The notes beneath the pieces were generated by a model. It did no database searches and had not been told where the DNA came from. It saw only the letters and a program-made list of their open reading frames with translations. Position numbers and translations under genes: made by a program. From Podarcis vaucheri (lineage: Eukaryota), in NCBI GenBank assembly GCA_965113315.1, contig OZ220368.1: a stretch of DNA of 64,000 nucleotides; one strand, given 5' to 3'. Shown piece after piece: positions 11,054 through 25,732 of the stretch. Numbering within the stretch: the stretch's first letter is position 1; every line of letters starts with the position of its first letter.

Positions 11054-14000
11054 TACAGCGACGAGATGCACCTAGGAGGGGAGGGCTTTCCAGAATTTGG
11101 GGACCTTCAAATTCTGTCTCTCTCTTACCCCCCCCCATTAGCTTCATATATGTTGTGGGACTGAGGACCGTGATGCAAGTCCCTACCTGTCACTAATGTC
11201 ATTGGGGTGGGATTCATGAGCATCCCTGCCATACCCAGAATTCTGGATCAGGGCATTTGGCTGCATGACTGAAATATCTTATTCCTTGCTCATGAGTATT
11301 GATTCCAGAAAGGTTATGTACAAGGGCTTTTTCAGGGTTGGGTCCCTCAGGATGCAGCCCTTTGAGAGGTGTCCAATCTACCATTGGTTCCTAAATCTAT
11401 ATGTTTGCACAGGTAAGTAATCCCACTGGCTTTAAAGGGATTGCTCGTGGTGCGCTTGGTGATCCAAAGCACACATGCGCTGTGGCAAAGAATGAATGGT
11501 TACTCTGCTTAAGGCTAGCAATTAAAAGTCCTGTATCCATTTCTAGAAATATAAAGTGAAGCTGTGTCATTATTTCTGGCAAAGCCCGGTTTGCTTCCTT
11601 CTCCCAAGAATATGTTTCAGAAATGTTGGGCCCTTGCCATCAAACCACAGACCGCTCTTTGGTGTGCACTGGATTTTGGATGGCTGTCAAAACTCACTGA
11701 AAAACAAGTGCTATTTCTTTTCCTGTGCCTAGTATTTAACGGGAAATCAGGAGGCTACATTTCCAATCACTTGTTAAATCAACCCAGATGTGAACGGAGC
11801 ACTAGGCTAAGAGGAGAAGAGGGTAGAATAGGGTAGGAAATGTAGAGCTAATGATAAAACGTGAATAAATAGTGACCTTCATATGATTTCGAATCAAAGA
11901 AGAGGACGGGGGGGCAAGTTTCCTAAAGTTTGTGTGTGAATAATTTTATGGGATTTTTAAAAAGTTCATTTTGTGTCCAAACCAGAGAGTAATTGCATTT
12001 TATTTATTTTTTTGCTTAATTGATTTGTCAGTTCATTTCTTCCCACCACCTTATGCTGCTTTAGAGTATGTGGAATTAGCTGTTTAAATTCCTGTTTAAA
12101 GTAAAAATAATTCCTGTTTAAAGTGAAATTAAAAGCCACTTTCTTAGGCCACTAGCCATAGGTCATATCCAGTGTTTGTTCTACTCAGAATAGACCCATT
12201 GAAATTAATGGGCATCACCAATTTCCATGGGTCTACTCTGGGTGAAAGTTAAGTCGGCTACAACCCAATATTTTGAATATCTCCCACTAAACTAAGGATT
12301 GCAGAATGCAATCCAATTGGGATTTTATTTTGCTCTTGGATTCATTAAACCTGCCAAGAATAGTGGAATAGAACTAGGTGGGGAGAGGGTTCATGGCTGA
12401 GAAATTATGGACTTGTAATTATGTTAGGTTCCAGTTACAAGTAACATATGATGCACCAGCTTTTGTTATCTGCTTAAAAAAAACAAATAAACAAAAATAA
12501 GCAATTGTTGCTGACTGAAATTATCATTGCCCCAAGCATTTTTACTACGTACTGCATGTTCAGGATATTGACTGTCATTGTTAGAAATATGACTGCAACT
12601 AGATCAGCGTGCATCTTACAGTGCTTTGACTATAAAGCACTTATATATTTACATATGTAACAGACCATTTACCACACACATTTACACATTTTGATATATG
12701 GTAGATCTCTCTTTACACACAGCACGACAGATGAGACAGCCAGATTACCAAGGAGTTGCCTGCATGTCACAGTAAGCTATCAATTGCTAAATCACCATCT
12801 ATATCTACATCAAAGCCACCTCAATGCCAGGAGGAAGATGTTCTTTTCCAGGAGTGGAGAACATCTGGACAACGTATGTTGCTGGACTACAGTTCCCATC
12901 GTCCTTGACAGTTGGCCAGACTGTCTGGGGCTTATGGGAGCTGAGGGTCTAGTAACAACCAGAGGGACATAGGTTCTTCAGCCCTGATCTATCTCTCCTT
13001 ATCCATGTTTACTGGGACCTCCAGTCCCGTCAGACGTTGCCGTAGTGCAGGGCTTGCCCACCTTTCTGGGGTCAGTGGATGCATTTGGAATTTTGAGAAA
13101 GTGCTATGGACTTCCGTCACAAAATGACTTGCTGACAGAAAGAAGCTCTTTGCCCATCTTTGTTTGGTACAGCAGGGAGGGAAGGGTGCACAGCCCTAGC
13201 ATCCACTGAAATGTGGGCAGGGTTAAGGGATGTTTTCGACATCTGAAAGGCTGAGTGAGTACAGTCAGAATGTGAGCATTGTTCATGCATTTTTTTGAGT
13301 TTTGAGGAGATATTTCAACTTTTTGCTGGTGCTATAAGCGCTACTGGCAGACACATTGGCACCCATGGACACCACATTGTCAACCCCTGCCTTAGTGCAA
13401 CCACCTGCAGGTTTGGGTCATATAATACAGTACTTCTTGGGAGCTGGAACAAATCAGACATTCATGAATGTTCGCACTGAACTGTTGTTCACTTAACATT
13501 GCTGTAACTTATATAGAAAATCAGCAGATTTGCTGCTATTCTGTCAATGCAAACAATTGCTCCACTTTGGTTATTTTCCACCCCCCACCCCTTCTTCGCT
13601 GGCAGGAAGCACTAGGCTGGCTTCTTAGTTTAATTAGATGTAATAAGGAAGTAGAGATGGGAGGATGAGCAGAGATAACATAAATGGAGGTGGGGGTGGG
13701 AATCGGATTACAGAAAGGGCCACCTTGAATATCGTAATTTTTGCCCCTCTCAAATGCAGTGCTTGGGACACAGCCCAGTGAGGTGCTCACTTTGTCCCTG
13801 ATAAGGGGATCTGTACCTTCTTGAGCAGGCTTTTGCTCATCAGATAACTCAAGCAGAAAATGGCCTTCACAGTCATGCAAGAGCAAATCTTGTGTTCATC
13901 TGCATACTTTTAAAACCAGATTATGGTAAGGAACATAAACAACCATAGAGTCAAGGGCGTAGATTATTCTGTCTCTTTCTGGGGAAATTAAAGATAAGTC

Positions 14001-16572
14001 AGCAATGAACGCCAGTCTGGTATGAATTTATGATATCTAACTGCTGGGGGAAAACATGTGCTGGTTTGAAATAAACTTTGTTTCCTCAAACATTTAACTT
14101 AGCCATTTTTCGTCTTTTCAGGGATCTACAAGGAGTTTCTGGTTAGTGGAGGAGAAAGTGGTAGATCATGGAATCCTATTAGTTTTAATTCCTAACAGCC
14201 ATTTTGATATTGTTTCCCTTTATTTCTGTAACTTTCTATTCAGACAGGTCATGTCTGTCAAGCAACCCACAGCACCCATTCCAGCATCCATTTGTCATGT
14301 GTATCTCAGGAAGTTTCTTCACATATTTGAGAAATTTCCTTTTATTTCACTCTTACTTGTCTAAGAACTGTTTTGGTGACCCCATGAGATTGTCACTCTC
14401 ACCTTTATGAGTGCCATGGAAAGATCATGGAGATGGGGTGGTCAGATCCTGTGGAAGAATGGGAGAAGCTTGGGGAATGGGAGCTTGATGGCAGAGGTGA
14501 GGGTCCTAGTGGAAAGAGGGGAGTGAAATTTGGACCCCAATAGGTGTTCAAGTCAGGCAAGAAGCCTGGTGGTTTATGGGATGCAAAGTTGGACCTTGGA
14601 GATGGCGCACCCTCTGACACATATCTCTTCCTGTGGCACCTTCCTCCTGCCAGTGAGGAGACTCCTCCTTTGTAGCAGGTGACTTGAAGTAAATCAGATA
14701 CTGAGCTGCTGATGAAACTGCCTACGTCTCCCAGGACACCTCAAAGACCCAAAACACTTGAAAGAGTGCCCAGTTCCTTGCCCACTTTTGAGACACTTGT
14801 TGCACTAAGAGCTATGGCCACCCTGCTCTTCAAAAGAGAGGTGCAGGGACCATGTCACTTGCTGGCTCAATGTCTTAGCTTGAGTTTAGCCATGCGCCAT
14901 TACCTCTTGTGCAACCTGAACTTTTCCTGTGCACTGATTTGATTTGTACGTTAAAAACTTTGACAGAAACTGAATCCGTAGTTCAAGTTCTTTGCCTACC
15001 AATGAGGGCAGGACACTTGGTACTGCCACAGAATGACTTTTAAAAAACTTACTGATCCATTTCCATGTTAGAATCCGTTTCCATGTTAGAATCTCGCTTA
15101 TAGTAGCAGTCCTCCCTTTATTCTTTTCTTTACACCCCAACAGATGCTTCTTCCTGGGGAGTCATACACATTAGTTATTGAGGTAATCAGACCTGGATAA
15201 GCCTTTCTCACTTAATTCATGTGGAATTCCAACTTGCCGCATCTACATTCATGTTGCGTGAGAGGTGGCAAAAGTTTTAACAACCCCAAATTGCAACACT
15301 TAGAATAAAAATCTAGCTTGCTTGGCCTTTCAGATACAGCAAAGTCCAGTCGATGTGCCTCAGTTATTGGAAACTGGCCAATCCAAGGAGATGTCACAAT
15401 TCCTTGTGGGTAAGGAGAAGTTACCTACAGAATTGTTGGAAATCAAACCTGGTTTCAGCAGCGATCATGTCTTAGGGGAGGGAAAATGCATTTTAGAAAC
15501 CTCATTGCCACAGTTAGCTGAAAAGCTCAGGCCACTTCAGAGGAATGGGGAATAAAATATAAGAATAATTTCAGTGCTGTATACAATTGGGAGTGAAGCA
15601 TAGCATAGTTTGAAAGACAAAACCTTTCACCCTGTGTACATTTTTAAAGTGTGTCTCTCTGCTGTAACACAAGTGGAGCTGAAGCTGCACACAGCAACAA
15701 AGGCTTGTCAAATGTTGGAAGCACCAAGAAGAGCAGGAAGTCCCCAGTCAGCAGAGCTGTTAAGAGCATCAGCTGAATTGAGGGAGACATCTAGCAGCAG
15801 GAAGAATACATATTGTCCCCAAAATTGTGCATATGAAGCCCATCAATTCTGGTCGGGTTGTGAGACTCTTAAGATCATTTTAGTCACTTTATTTCTTTGA
15901 AACTCTTCCATTTTGGGGTAACTACTTAGCAATGCTTAGTTTTGAGAGCACAGCATCTCATAAGTATTAGGCATATGTTAACAAAAGGAATAAGAAGCAC
16001 AGACATACTCATCATCTCATATTACTAGCTAAAGAGGTACCCATGGAGCTAAGAAAAGAGTTTGTGTAGAAGGACTGCTGTTAACGTGTAGCTTTTATCA
16101 TGTTAGTCATGTTCAACGGAACCCATTTTTTCCCAGTGGATTAATATTTTCAAAGACCGTCCAAAGGTTTCTGATTCATAGATTTTTGTGTCAGCAAAGA
16201 CCAGCCAAAGTTCTCCGATTTAGAGAATTTCTCGTCTGCAAAGAGTCAGCTGCCTCATTTGGGGAAGGAGAATACTTTTGGCCAAAAGATCATTCTGAGA
16301 AGATCAAATGAGGCAATAGGAAAAAGAAAAGGGAGGAAAAGCAGAATAGGGAGGTTCTTACATGAGCTGCTTCCTGTGTAAAAACTGCCCTTATCTGGAG
16401 CTCAATGTGATGACTGGTATGTGGTTACATTTGGTAGGTGCATCATGTGCTCATTTAGAAAAGTGAAGATGGTGCCTCTATGGAGTTGGTTACAGTGATT
16501 GCCAGAGACATTTTCATAACTACGAGCGTTGGCAGAGGGGTTGTTAGCCAGCCACCTGACTTGGCTAGGAGG

Positions 16573-16825
16573 TTCATTAACCTGTGACCCCAAAATTCAG
16601 GATATTCCCACCCCCAACTGATGCCAAAGTTTTGTGCTGCCAACTGAACAAGGTTGGGTTTTGGGGTGTTCTTATAGCCCCCGGTTTGAGTGTCAGTTAC
16701 TCAGTTTTGGGGTTGGGGGTGGCACAAAACACAGGGTTCACAGCACAACACGGCACTAAACTAGCACAAAACTTTGGTATCCGTTTGGGAGGGGATCCTG
16801 AATTTTGGGGTCACAGGTTAATGAA
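16573..16825. mobile_element. Long-TIR MITE-like inverted repeat
   Basis: ttcattaacctgtgaccccaaaattcagga...ccaaagttttgtgct pairs with agcacaaaactttgg...tcctgaattttggggtcacaggttaatgaa (~65-bp imperfect arms). Confidence 0.65.
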
Positions 16826-19800
16826 GCCTTGGATAGGTAGTCTGCAGGTGAACAGTCTGTGTACCTTCTGTGAGTCAACACAGGATCTTGCTGAATTAGA
16901 GAATGTTGAACTCCAGCTGGGAAGTGAAGTGTGTTAAAATTAAGAGCCTCAGCATACCATAGCAGGATTCCCTCTACTCTATTGTTGTATAAGCTCCCTC
17001 ATACCTGTTTACTTGGCAGGTAGGGATCAAAGCAGTATGGGTAGGTGGGAAACGTAATTCCAGACACAAAACATCCCACTGACTGCACTAGACCTGGATT
17101 TGAAAGTTCATTAAGATTGTGCTTCCATGCTGCAAAGTTCACAAGTCTCTCTGTCTCCTGCATCCCTCCATCCTGCAAAAAGGAAGTTTCATCCTCCCTC
17201 TGTTGCTGCAGATTTCCAAGTTTGCACCCAGTGCAAAGTTCTCGATCTGCCTCCCAGCACATGGTTTTAAAATGGCATACTCTTGGGGTGATAGCCTAAC
17301 GTAGAGATTCACAAAACAATTCCCTGAGTCGTTTGTTTGTTTGTTTGAGCAGGTATTCAGAAATGCTCCTCTGCCGTCACGTGATATCCTCCTCGTCTCT
17401 GTCAAAAGGTGCTCAGGAGCTTAGCCAATCCTTAAGCACCTTCCTGTTATTTCAGGCAAGTCCAGTTGTTGGCTTTGGAATGCTACCTTCACAATTCACG
17501 TGTACCTTCACGTCCTGGATACTTTGAGAGCAGCCTCACTCTTCTGAAACAGATCCGTTCTATAGAGGAAGCAGTTAACGTTTGACGAAAAGTGGTGAAA
17601 CAAAAGTGACGGCTGCCTTTTCTTTCCCTCTCTGGAAGAGCTTCTTGAACGCAGTCCAAAGAAAATAACGTGCTTGGCTCATTGAATGTAGCCTTAAGCC
17701 CTCATAGTAAAACTTTGAGACCTGGCAGGCACAGCTGAGTCCTCCTTTGCTCTTGCTCCCTCTGCTTGATTTCAGACTGCAACACTTCATGCAATTTTTT
17801 TTTTTTTTAAGCAAGCCGTATGAAGCTTTAATTAATTAGCATCAGTTAACCTGTAATTCCAGGTTGGAAGCAGCAGCACCAAGCCACGCTGACTGTGCAT
17901 ACAGGAGTTTTCTCTCTCTTCTCCTTAGTCTTAAAGGGCAGGTGGCCCTTTAAATAGGGTGAAATGAAAGGATCATGTGCTCAGTCCGTGTGTTGCAGTG
18001 CTGTACTTACAGGCCAAAAACCAATAGTTCCTTCTGCCAATCTTATCTTTAAATAGACAGGGCAGGTACTTGGGATGCCATGTCAATGATGGGCAGCCAA
18101 GGGTGAGAAGCAGCGCAGGTAAATGAAGCAAGAGATGAGTAATCACCCCACAGAATTATTATTTCCATGGGAGACTTAATCCTCCAAATGGTAGGCAGAA
18201 AGTCCTGGCAAAATATCAACTAGAGCTTGCTCACTTAGCTCGGAAATAACTTTGCCAAAATGCACCCTCGGATTTCAAGCACTGAAGAATACACTACTCA
18301 AGAGAACACACCAAACTGATTGCGGGATCTGATTTTTAAAAGGCAGCTCTTCTAGGTAGCAGCAAAACAAATATTTCAGTTTTGCTTTCCAAATGGACCG
18401 TGTGGTTCCTTCTGTATGCTCTCTGTGAAGAGGTGTAGGCTCAGGTAACATAATACAACCCAAATGTTAGATGGCAGTTTGTTAAAACCTTGTTTGCTCT
18501 CATAGATTGCCCTATACAGGATCAAGCTGTTATTATTAATGCGTGGTTTATGTAGCCAGCATAACTCCCTCGGAGCCTCAGGCTATAGCCGCATGTAGCC
18601 TGGATCTCTGGATGCCTTAAGGCTACTACTCGATTTGTTTGCTTTCCGTCTGATGCTGTAGCAGAATTTGGACATACTCAATTGTCGGGAGCTGCCAGGT
18701 CTAAACTAGAAAGCCGTGGGCCTGTTCATAACTACTGTGCGTGGTTAGCTGTCAGGGCTTCAGCTTTGAGCAAATCCCCTAGACGGCAAAAGGCTGAGGT
18801 TCTGGACCGACTCTGTGTACTCAGGCTAGACGTGGACTCTTCTCAAGAGGACGAACTATAAAAGACTTCTTCTTCATGGTGGAATTTTGGCTGATCAGCC
18901 ACCATCTCTCTGGCAGGTTCCAACTTGATTGTTGTCTATGGATCAGGTTTAAACAACAGCCCCCTTCCCCAAATACACATTCTCATAAACTTTGTATTTG
19001 GGGTATTTCCGGTGCCAAAATGTGTGGTAGGGAAAACCATGCATGCTTCCCACCCCCCTCCTGTTATAGGAAAGGCTTCCTACATGATAAAAGTCCTGGA
19101 ATACGTGGAATTGAAACAAAAGCTAAAATAATTATAAAAAGGAAGAAGTGTCACCACCATGTTTCACAGTGGGGAGCCCCTTGAAGCTGCAAATGAGGCA
19201 GGTTGACTCATGTTGCATACCTGGCAGTTCTCAATGTTGGGATGTAGACCTGCACGTACCTGTTCCTGCCATGTGGTCTTCAGGCGTACTTATGATTTCT
19301 CCCTACCACCACTCCCCAGTACTGCAGTTCCTTCACAGACCCCCACGCCTGATGGCAGCTACAGAAAATGAATGGTTCACCAAGGCTTCCATTCCAGAGA
19401 TCTCTCCGTAAGTGGAGAAATGTTCACGCCACACGTTGTCGGGGCTTAAGAAAGACGTGTTGAGACTACCGGGTGATGCACTGCCAGAAGATGATTTAAT
19501 GAAATGTAAAACTGACATTTGGAGCCCTTGCTTTATAGAAGACAGGATATACTTATGTAGTGTCCCTTGTTAAAATGATGCATGAAGCGTTACATCGAAT
19601 AGAATTTCTTTTTTTTTAATGACATGTTTTATGGTGGTCGCATGACCAGCGGCAACAAACGAAAGGAATCATCGAGAGTTGAAACAGAGGTTAGTTTAAA
19701 CTTTTTGGAACTATTCTGGCAGGAGGCGAAGGGTTCTTAAGCTGCTTTCTGTGATTTGTCTGGGTGAAATGAACTCTGGGGATAAGAGGCATCTCTTCAC

Positions 19801-21399
19801 AAGACAAGCTGTACAATAGGGCCCCAGTGGAGACGACCCATAATAATAGAATGCTGGATTATTTTTTTAAAAAATAAGTTCACCAGTGAAAGCTCTAAGC
19901 AGGATTGGTCATATTTGGTCATTCTGTGCCTAGTATAGAATTGGGAGTATTTCACACTTGACATTTTTCTTAGGCTCAGGGTCAAGCTATACTTTACAAA
20001 TACGTGTAATGTGCAACATCATTTCTTGTTGTGCATGTTTAATTACAGCTGAGTTATGAGCCCAATTTGTCATCAGGATTGCAGGACACAGAGAGCAGAG
20101 ATTTATCCCTTCCTTCCCCAGCTATGAACACCACCCACAAGCATGGCTACAAAGCTTTTTAAAACAAAACAAAAAAACTCTTTCCTTTGCTTCAGTTTAT
20201 GGGCATTTGTCAATAATAGCCATAAGGCCAGACAAAACAGAAGAGTGATAATATGCATTAAAGAGGTCGGGTAAAAATTATTAATTATTAACCAAACAAA
20301 CATGGATCGTAAAAATGCATATTCTGGGACATCATTTGTGAATGTTAGATATCCATTTTTTAATGGCTGATGGTGTTAATTAAAATTTTAAATTGAAATA
20401 TCTCTTTAAACAAAACCTAGCTTTTAATTGTGTGGAACTATTTTGTGCTGCAGCAACATCCAACTTTTTTACAGTTAAAAAGTACCCTGCAGTTTTGTGT
20501 AAACAATGCTTTGCTGAAATGTATCTATTGTTTAAGAATACATCTGTGTTTTTCCAGATGAAGTCAGCCAAGTGTTTTCAAATCTGTTTGCAACATGTTG
20601 TTATTTGGAGCAATACACAGTTGACATAGTTGTCCGGGAGATATTTGCAACTGCCGTGGCAAGTCAATTGGTCAGGGTGCTTAAAAAAATGTGTCTTCTG
20701 AAACAATTGCATCCCTCTGTCTTCCTTTGTCAGTTCTGTGCTCTGCTTGAACATAACAGGTCCTACTTTCCCACTGAAATAAGTTTCCTATGATGCAATC
20801 CTTCACTCTGTGAGATTTGACAACATGAAAGACAACTTATCTATTTTCCTATATTTTCTTCCTCCAAGATAGGATGGAGCTGGATTGAATAGCTCATAAA
20901 CTGCTGAAAACACAGGAAATGAGCTTCCAGTATAGCTTTTAAAATAGATAACCCATGTGCCCTGTGTATAACCTCCTTTGAATCCCATATCTGTGTTTAG
21001 CTTTTGAAATAAGTGATCTGCAGAAGTGATAGTCAAGTTTTAGAGGGCCGCTCTGGTGCCCACTACCTCCCAGAACTTTTTCAACCCTTTCTATTCTGAT
21101 CCAGCTGTTTGCTTAATCCACTATGAGCTAAAAGTTTATACCATTTGAGGATCGCCTGGCCGACAGAGATGCGAAGGAAGTGACATGCTAGGTAGGAAGC
21201 AGTGAAGCCCTCTTGTGTTGTCAGCAAAGCAACATATAGCCTATTAGGGTCTTTCTGGCATATCTATGCCATCAAAAAAATTCTCTGCGAGTGGACATCA
21301 AAATGTGATTCCATATAAGCCATTGTGAGTGGTGCACACAGAGGCAGAAAATACCTCCTAGCTTCACATATATGCTAATGAAGTCTGAGCTGACGGTGA

Positions 21400-21562
21400 C
21401 TGACTGGGAAAGGGATTTTGGATTCAAGGTGAATAGGTCAATGAAAATGTCAACCCAGCTGTGAAAAAGGTGAATTCCATGTTAGGAACCTTTAGGAAAG
21501 GGGCTGAATATTGCTGATATCATAATGCTGTTATACAAAACTATGGTGTACTTAGAATACTA
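21400..21562 (+). mobile_element. Degraded CR1 LINE ORF2 fragment
   Basis: gctgtgaaaaaggtgaattccatgttagg...ataatgctgttatacaaaactatggtg...ttagaatact resembles the CR1 RT C-terminal region (AVKKANSMLG...LYKSMV...LEY); boundaries approximate. Confidence 0.55.
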
Positions 21563-22549
21563 TTGTCATGTACTGGTCTGGTGCTGTATCCCATGGAGAA
21601 GGCCGTGAGGTTAGAAATTGCAGGACCACAAATAGTAAACAACTTGCTCCAACAAAGGTTGAGGGCAGACCGAGCCATTTTAAGCTCTTGCTCTCAGACT
21701 ACCTCTCTTAGGCATTGCTGCTAACCTTAAATTCCTAAAGGGCCAACCCTATGTCCTGAAGACTGGTGCTCCTCCACTGTATACCTTCCCAGCTGGTGTG
21801 CTGCCAGACAGTGAGGTCCTGTGCAAGGTTCCTTAGTCCAAGGGGGAGAGTCCAGACTCTGGCCCTTAAGATATGGGAGGCTTAGTGGTCTCTTGATCTC
21901 CAGCAGCAAGCTCTGGAGTCCTGTACCTGGTCTAGTTCCTTAGCAGGAGACTCTTCAGCCTCAGAGCCTTGATTGTTTCTGATGGGGAGCTAGATCTGTA
22001 GCTGATACTTTTCAAGTTCCATCCGCTTCTTTTGCATGTAGTTTTCATTACATAAGATACTGCTCAGTTTCACAGTACCTTAAAGGCTTTCTGAAGTGGG
22101 ATCTCCTGTGTCCCTTGAAGTAATGAGTGAAAATATCTTCTCTGGACCTTCTTTGTTGAGTAGTATATGTGTGTTTTTGTTTTGTTCGTTGGTTTAAGCA
22201 TATGGTGGAGGAAAAATGTCTCAAACGCTTATACAACTTTGTTTTGGTCAAAGTAGCAGTGATAGTTTTTCTTATTTTCAATGGAGCCTCATCAATACAA
22301 CACTTTTGTTCTTCATCACTGTCAACAAGACAAGGAGAATTCAATCTCATGTTCTTTGTTGTGATGTTCTGTTGAATGTGAAAGTGCATTGTACAAATGG
22401 TTCATGTTATTGCCTGTTTAGCAGATGTGACGGAAAGAACCCCTGTGAGAAATGGGTTTTGGTGTGACAGGTTTAAATGACTTTTTGTGTGGGTGAGAAT
22501 TCTGCATCATGTGGATGTCGCATTAAAAAGGTGTTTCTATTCTCCTCAG

Positions 22550-22733
22550 GTATCAGCAGGTTCCATTGTGCAGTTTGAGAAAGAAAATTTCTCCTTGTCG
22601 GCAAAAATAGAGGAAAAACCTCTCCCTCAAGGAAATAAGCATCTGCTGCAGTGGGCCCAAAAGGAATATGGGGCAGTAACATCTTTCACTGAACTCAAAA
22701 TATCCAGGAATGTTTACATCAAAGTGGGTGAAG
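22550..22733 (+). CDS. TGFBR3: TGFBR3 coding exon (exon 5 equivalent)
   Basis: tctcctcag|GTA ... GAAG|gtaagt; 184 nt; VSAGSIVQFEKENFSLSAKIEEKPLPQGNKHLLQWAQKEYGAVTSFTELKISRNVYIKVGE. Confidence 0.96.
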
Positions 22734-23879
22734 GTAAGTGTCTCCAAACTAGTAAGATTGTACATAGGGAATTGAATTGCAATCATGTCCGTTTTTGAGA
22801 AAGATTTCCTCCATACACAATCCTTCTTCGTGTCACAGTAGCTGCAGACTCAGTATTTGGATATTAGGACTGATCCTAGCTTCTTCCTTCCAACTTGCAA
22901 TTTGTGACCACCAAGGCAGATTTCATCTTGAGCAATTCATACTAAAGGTATTATTAGTGTGGTGTCAGTCTTCACTTAGTTACCATATTGCATTGTTGCC
23001 TGCACTTTTCTGCCTGTTCAGGTCTGCTGGTCTTTCCCGTTTATTTTTTCTACTCTCACATTTATTCTGTAGCTTTTTCTGATTTCTCCTTCTGTCTTCC
23101 TACCAAAGCTCTGTTGCACAGAAGGATTTCACAAAGCATTAATTAGTTAACAATAGTTTGAAATCCACTACAATTAACTTATTGTTCCAATTTCAGAGCT
23201 GAAACTTTATCTCCTTTCAACATTTGGTAGCTCCTGGACAGTAATCCCTTTGGTTCTCCATTATCCTAGACTTAAACCTTTTCAAAAAAGAGTTCCAGCT
23301 GGGAAGAAATCTTACCGCTGATGTATAGCCCTTGGCAATAATAATTTATTGAGGAAAGCTGATACATGATGAATGGTTCTGATATATTCATAAAGAGTGT
23401 CCTCACATTGTCAAGCCAAAAGCACTCAAGATTGCTCCAACTTTGGATCGTGTTGGCTGGGAATCTGATAGTAACACCTAATTTGTATAGAATGAAGCAA
23501 AACACTCTCATCCCTATTAAGACAGAGGTGTGACCCAAAGAAACTAGTAGGGTTCAGTATACAGGTCTTGGTTGCAGGCAAGCAAGTTGGCAGCATACAT
23601 AGAAGACAGAAGTATCTATTACTGTATTTACATTACAAAATTCTAGTGCATTCTCTGGCAATTGTTCCTCCTACTGTCTTCCTATCCAAATCAGATACCA
23701 TGCTATTTACCATTCTTTACATACTATGATAGGAACTTCAATTCAGTGCAATAAAGAAAGCCATTTAGCTCAGTCTTGTCTATGCTGATTGGCAGTAGCT
23801 CTCCAGTGTTTCCCAGCCCCACCTGGAGGTACCAGGGATTGCACTTGGGACATTTTAGATATAAAACATGTGCTTTACC

Positions 23880-24014
23880 TAGGGTCGCCATATTTCAAAA
23901 GTCACAAAAGTTGTTGAGATTTTCCCGGACATTTCAGTGATTTACACCCGGACACTGTTTCTGATGGCCGAATCCCAGCTATGTCCAGGAAATTATGGAC
24001 GTTTTGCAACCCTA
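23880..24014. mobile_element. hAT-type MITE inserted into an older tRNA-derived SINE remnant
   Basis: TAGGGTCGCCA...TTGCAACCCTA with 8-bp TSD gctttacc / gatttacc; flanks rejoin to ...atgtgctttaccactgagctatg (reverse-strand tRNA-like head). Confidence 0.7.
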
Positions 24015-24587
24015 GATTTACCACTGAGCTATGAGTCTGCCCTACAGGTTGGCTAAACGGTATGGAAGTTAGAAAATATCGGCAACATTTGATCTCAAAG
24101 AGTTTAAATGAACAATTGAAAGAAACTGAAATGCTGTCGAGACCCTTGCTCGCTTTTGACGGTATCAGAAGAGATTGCCGAAACACGTAACACAAATGCA
24201 GGAACTCTTTCCTTTTTTTAACCTGTGTTCCTCTTCCTGGAGAACTGGTTGGCAAGCCATTTCTCAGTTTAACAATAATGACCTTACTAGTACTGGCGAA
24301 TTACATTTGCATGGCGTCTTTATGTACATTAGTTTGAGTTCAGCATGGTCAACCTCAGGATCACTTTCCTTCATTTGTGTGGGAGGAGTTGGCAGAATCA
24401 CGACTGCTTTTGCATCCCATCTGGCAGGGTACTTAACAGATGTTTGAGGAGCGCTCCGTCAAGCTGCGCAAATAGATTTCATCTCTCATAGTTCACATAG
24501 AAGGATCCTCTAGAGAAGAAGGCAAAGTGAGCATTCAGATACCGCTTAGTATGGAAAGGGATGGGGGGGGGAGAGACACCCTTCCAT

Positions 24588-24855
24588 TAATGCCTTTATT
24601 ATACATATCTATGATGCAACTACACTTGGGAATACTGTGTACAGATCTGTTCGCTGAGCCTAATAAATAAATGAATTGTGAAGCTGGAAAAGGTGCAGAG
24701 AAAGGCAACCAATCTGATCCAGCAGCTGGAACAATTTCCCTAGAGAAAGGATTGTAATGTTTGAGGCTTTTTGTTTATTTTAAAGAGAAGGTGGTGACAT
24801 GATAGAATTGTATAGAATTGCGCATGTTGTAGAGAAAGTGGATAGAGGGAAGTTT
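24588..24855 (+). mobile_element. Degraded CR1 LINE ORF2 fragment
   Basis: ggaatactgtgtacag...gctggaaaaggtgcagagaaaggcaacc...ggtgacatgatagaa resembles CR1 (EYCVQ...LEKVQKRATK...GDMIE); boundaries approximate. Confidence 0.6.
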
Positions 24856-25732
24856 ACAGCCAGTCCCTCATCATGATAATATTTTACTATAGGTTGTGTT
24901 TTTTTTAATGGTTAGGTGTAAAAAAAACAACAACCCACAACTGCACCATGTTTTAACTCAGATTCTGCACCAGGAAACACAGAATTTTGTAACTGACATA
25001 TATTATTCAAAGATTCATGTCACAATTTTTGTTTGTGAAAGTATCACTTTTAAAGTAAAAAAAAAGTGAATGAAATGAAATGCTGAAACTGAAAATATCA
25101 AGAAATAAACTCCTCTCTCACTGTAATTATCATTTTTTTAGAAACTTGCCTTGGGACATGAACAACAAAACAAAATTTGAGATACAAGTAGAATTGCATG
25201 ACTTGTCAAAACACTGCTTTTACGAGCGTTTTACAGACAGCTTTCGAACATTACCGCAATTTATTATAATTTATTAACATCGTAGAGGGTTATCAACTGT
25301 GTACAAAAGTACAGAAAGGGCTTAGAATGTGGTTCTGACAACAGAATAGCTACTTGAGAATCTCACAGAACACTTATAATGAAGAATGGGGAGGTGTGGA
25401 GCAAAAGGTTGGGGCAGGTTTGGGTTTTGTTTTTTTTGTGGGTTGTGGGTTGGTTTCTTTGTGTGTGTGTGGGTTTTTTTGCCTGATCAAGCCCCTGTCT
25501 AGGAAATGGTGTAGCCTAGGATCCAGGGCAAGCCTGGCTTCATCTCCATAATCAGGAGACCAGGTAATTGATGTGGCTGTGAAACCATAGTTTGGCATGG
25601 GCTTGCAAACTATAGTTTGTTAACCATGGTTAACTACTGCCTCTATGTGCCCTTTATGTGCTTAGCTTAATATAGAGGGACAAATTATTATTAGAGATGT
25701 GTCCAAAAATCCATTAGAGTAAGGGTGCATTG

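Noticed and set aside
14705-14725. Other CTGATGA/CTGAAGA hammerhead-like cores (also ~38543, 48147, 57408)
   Set aside because: No stem II followed by GAAA and a cleavage triplet; two of them lie in coding exons
15058-15095. Short local duplications (ttccatgttagaatc x2; similar ones at ~12087, 48664, 52327, 53479)
   Set aside because: Ordinary slippage duplications with no further structure
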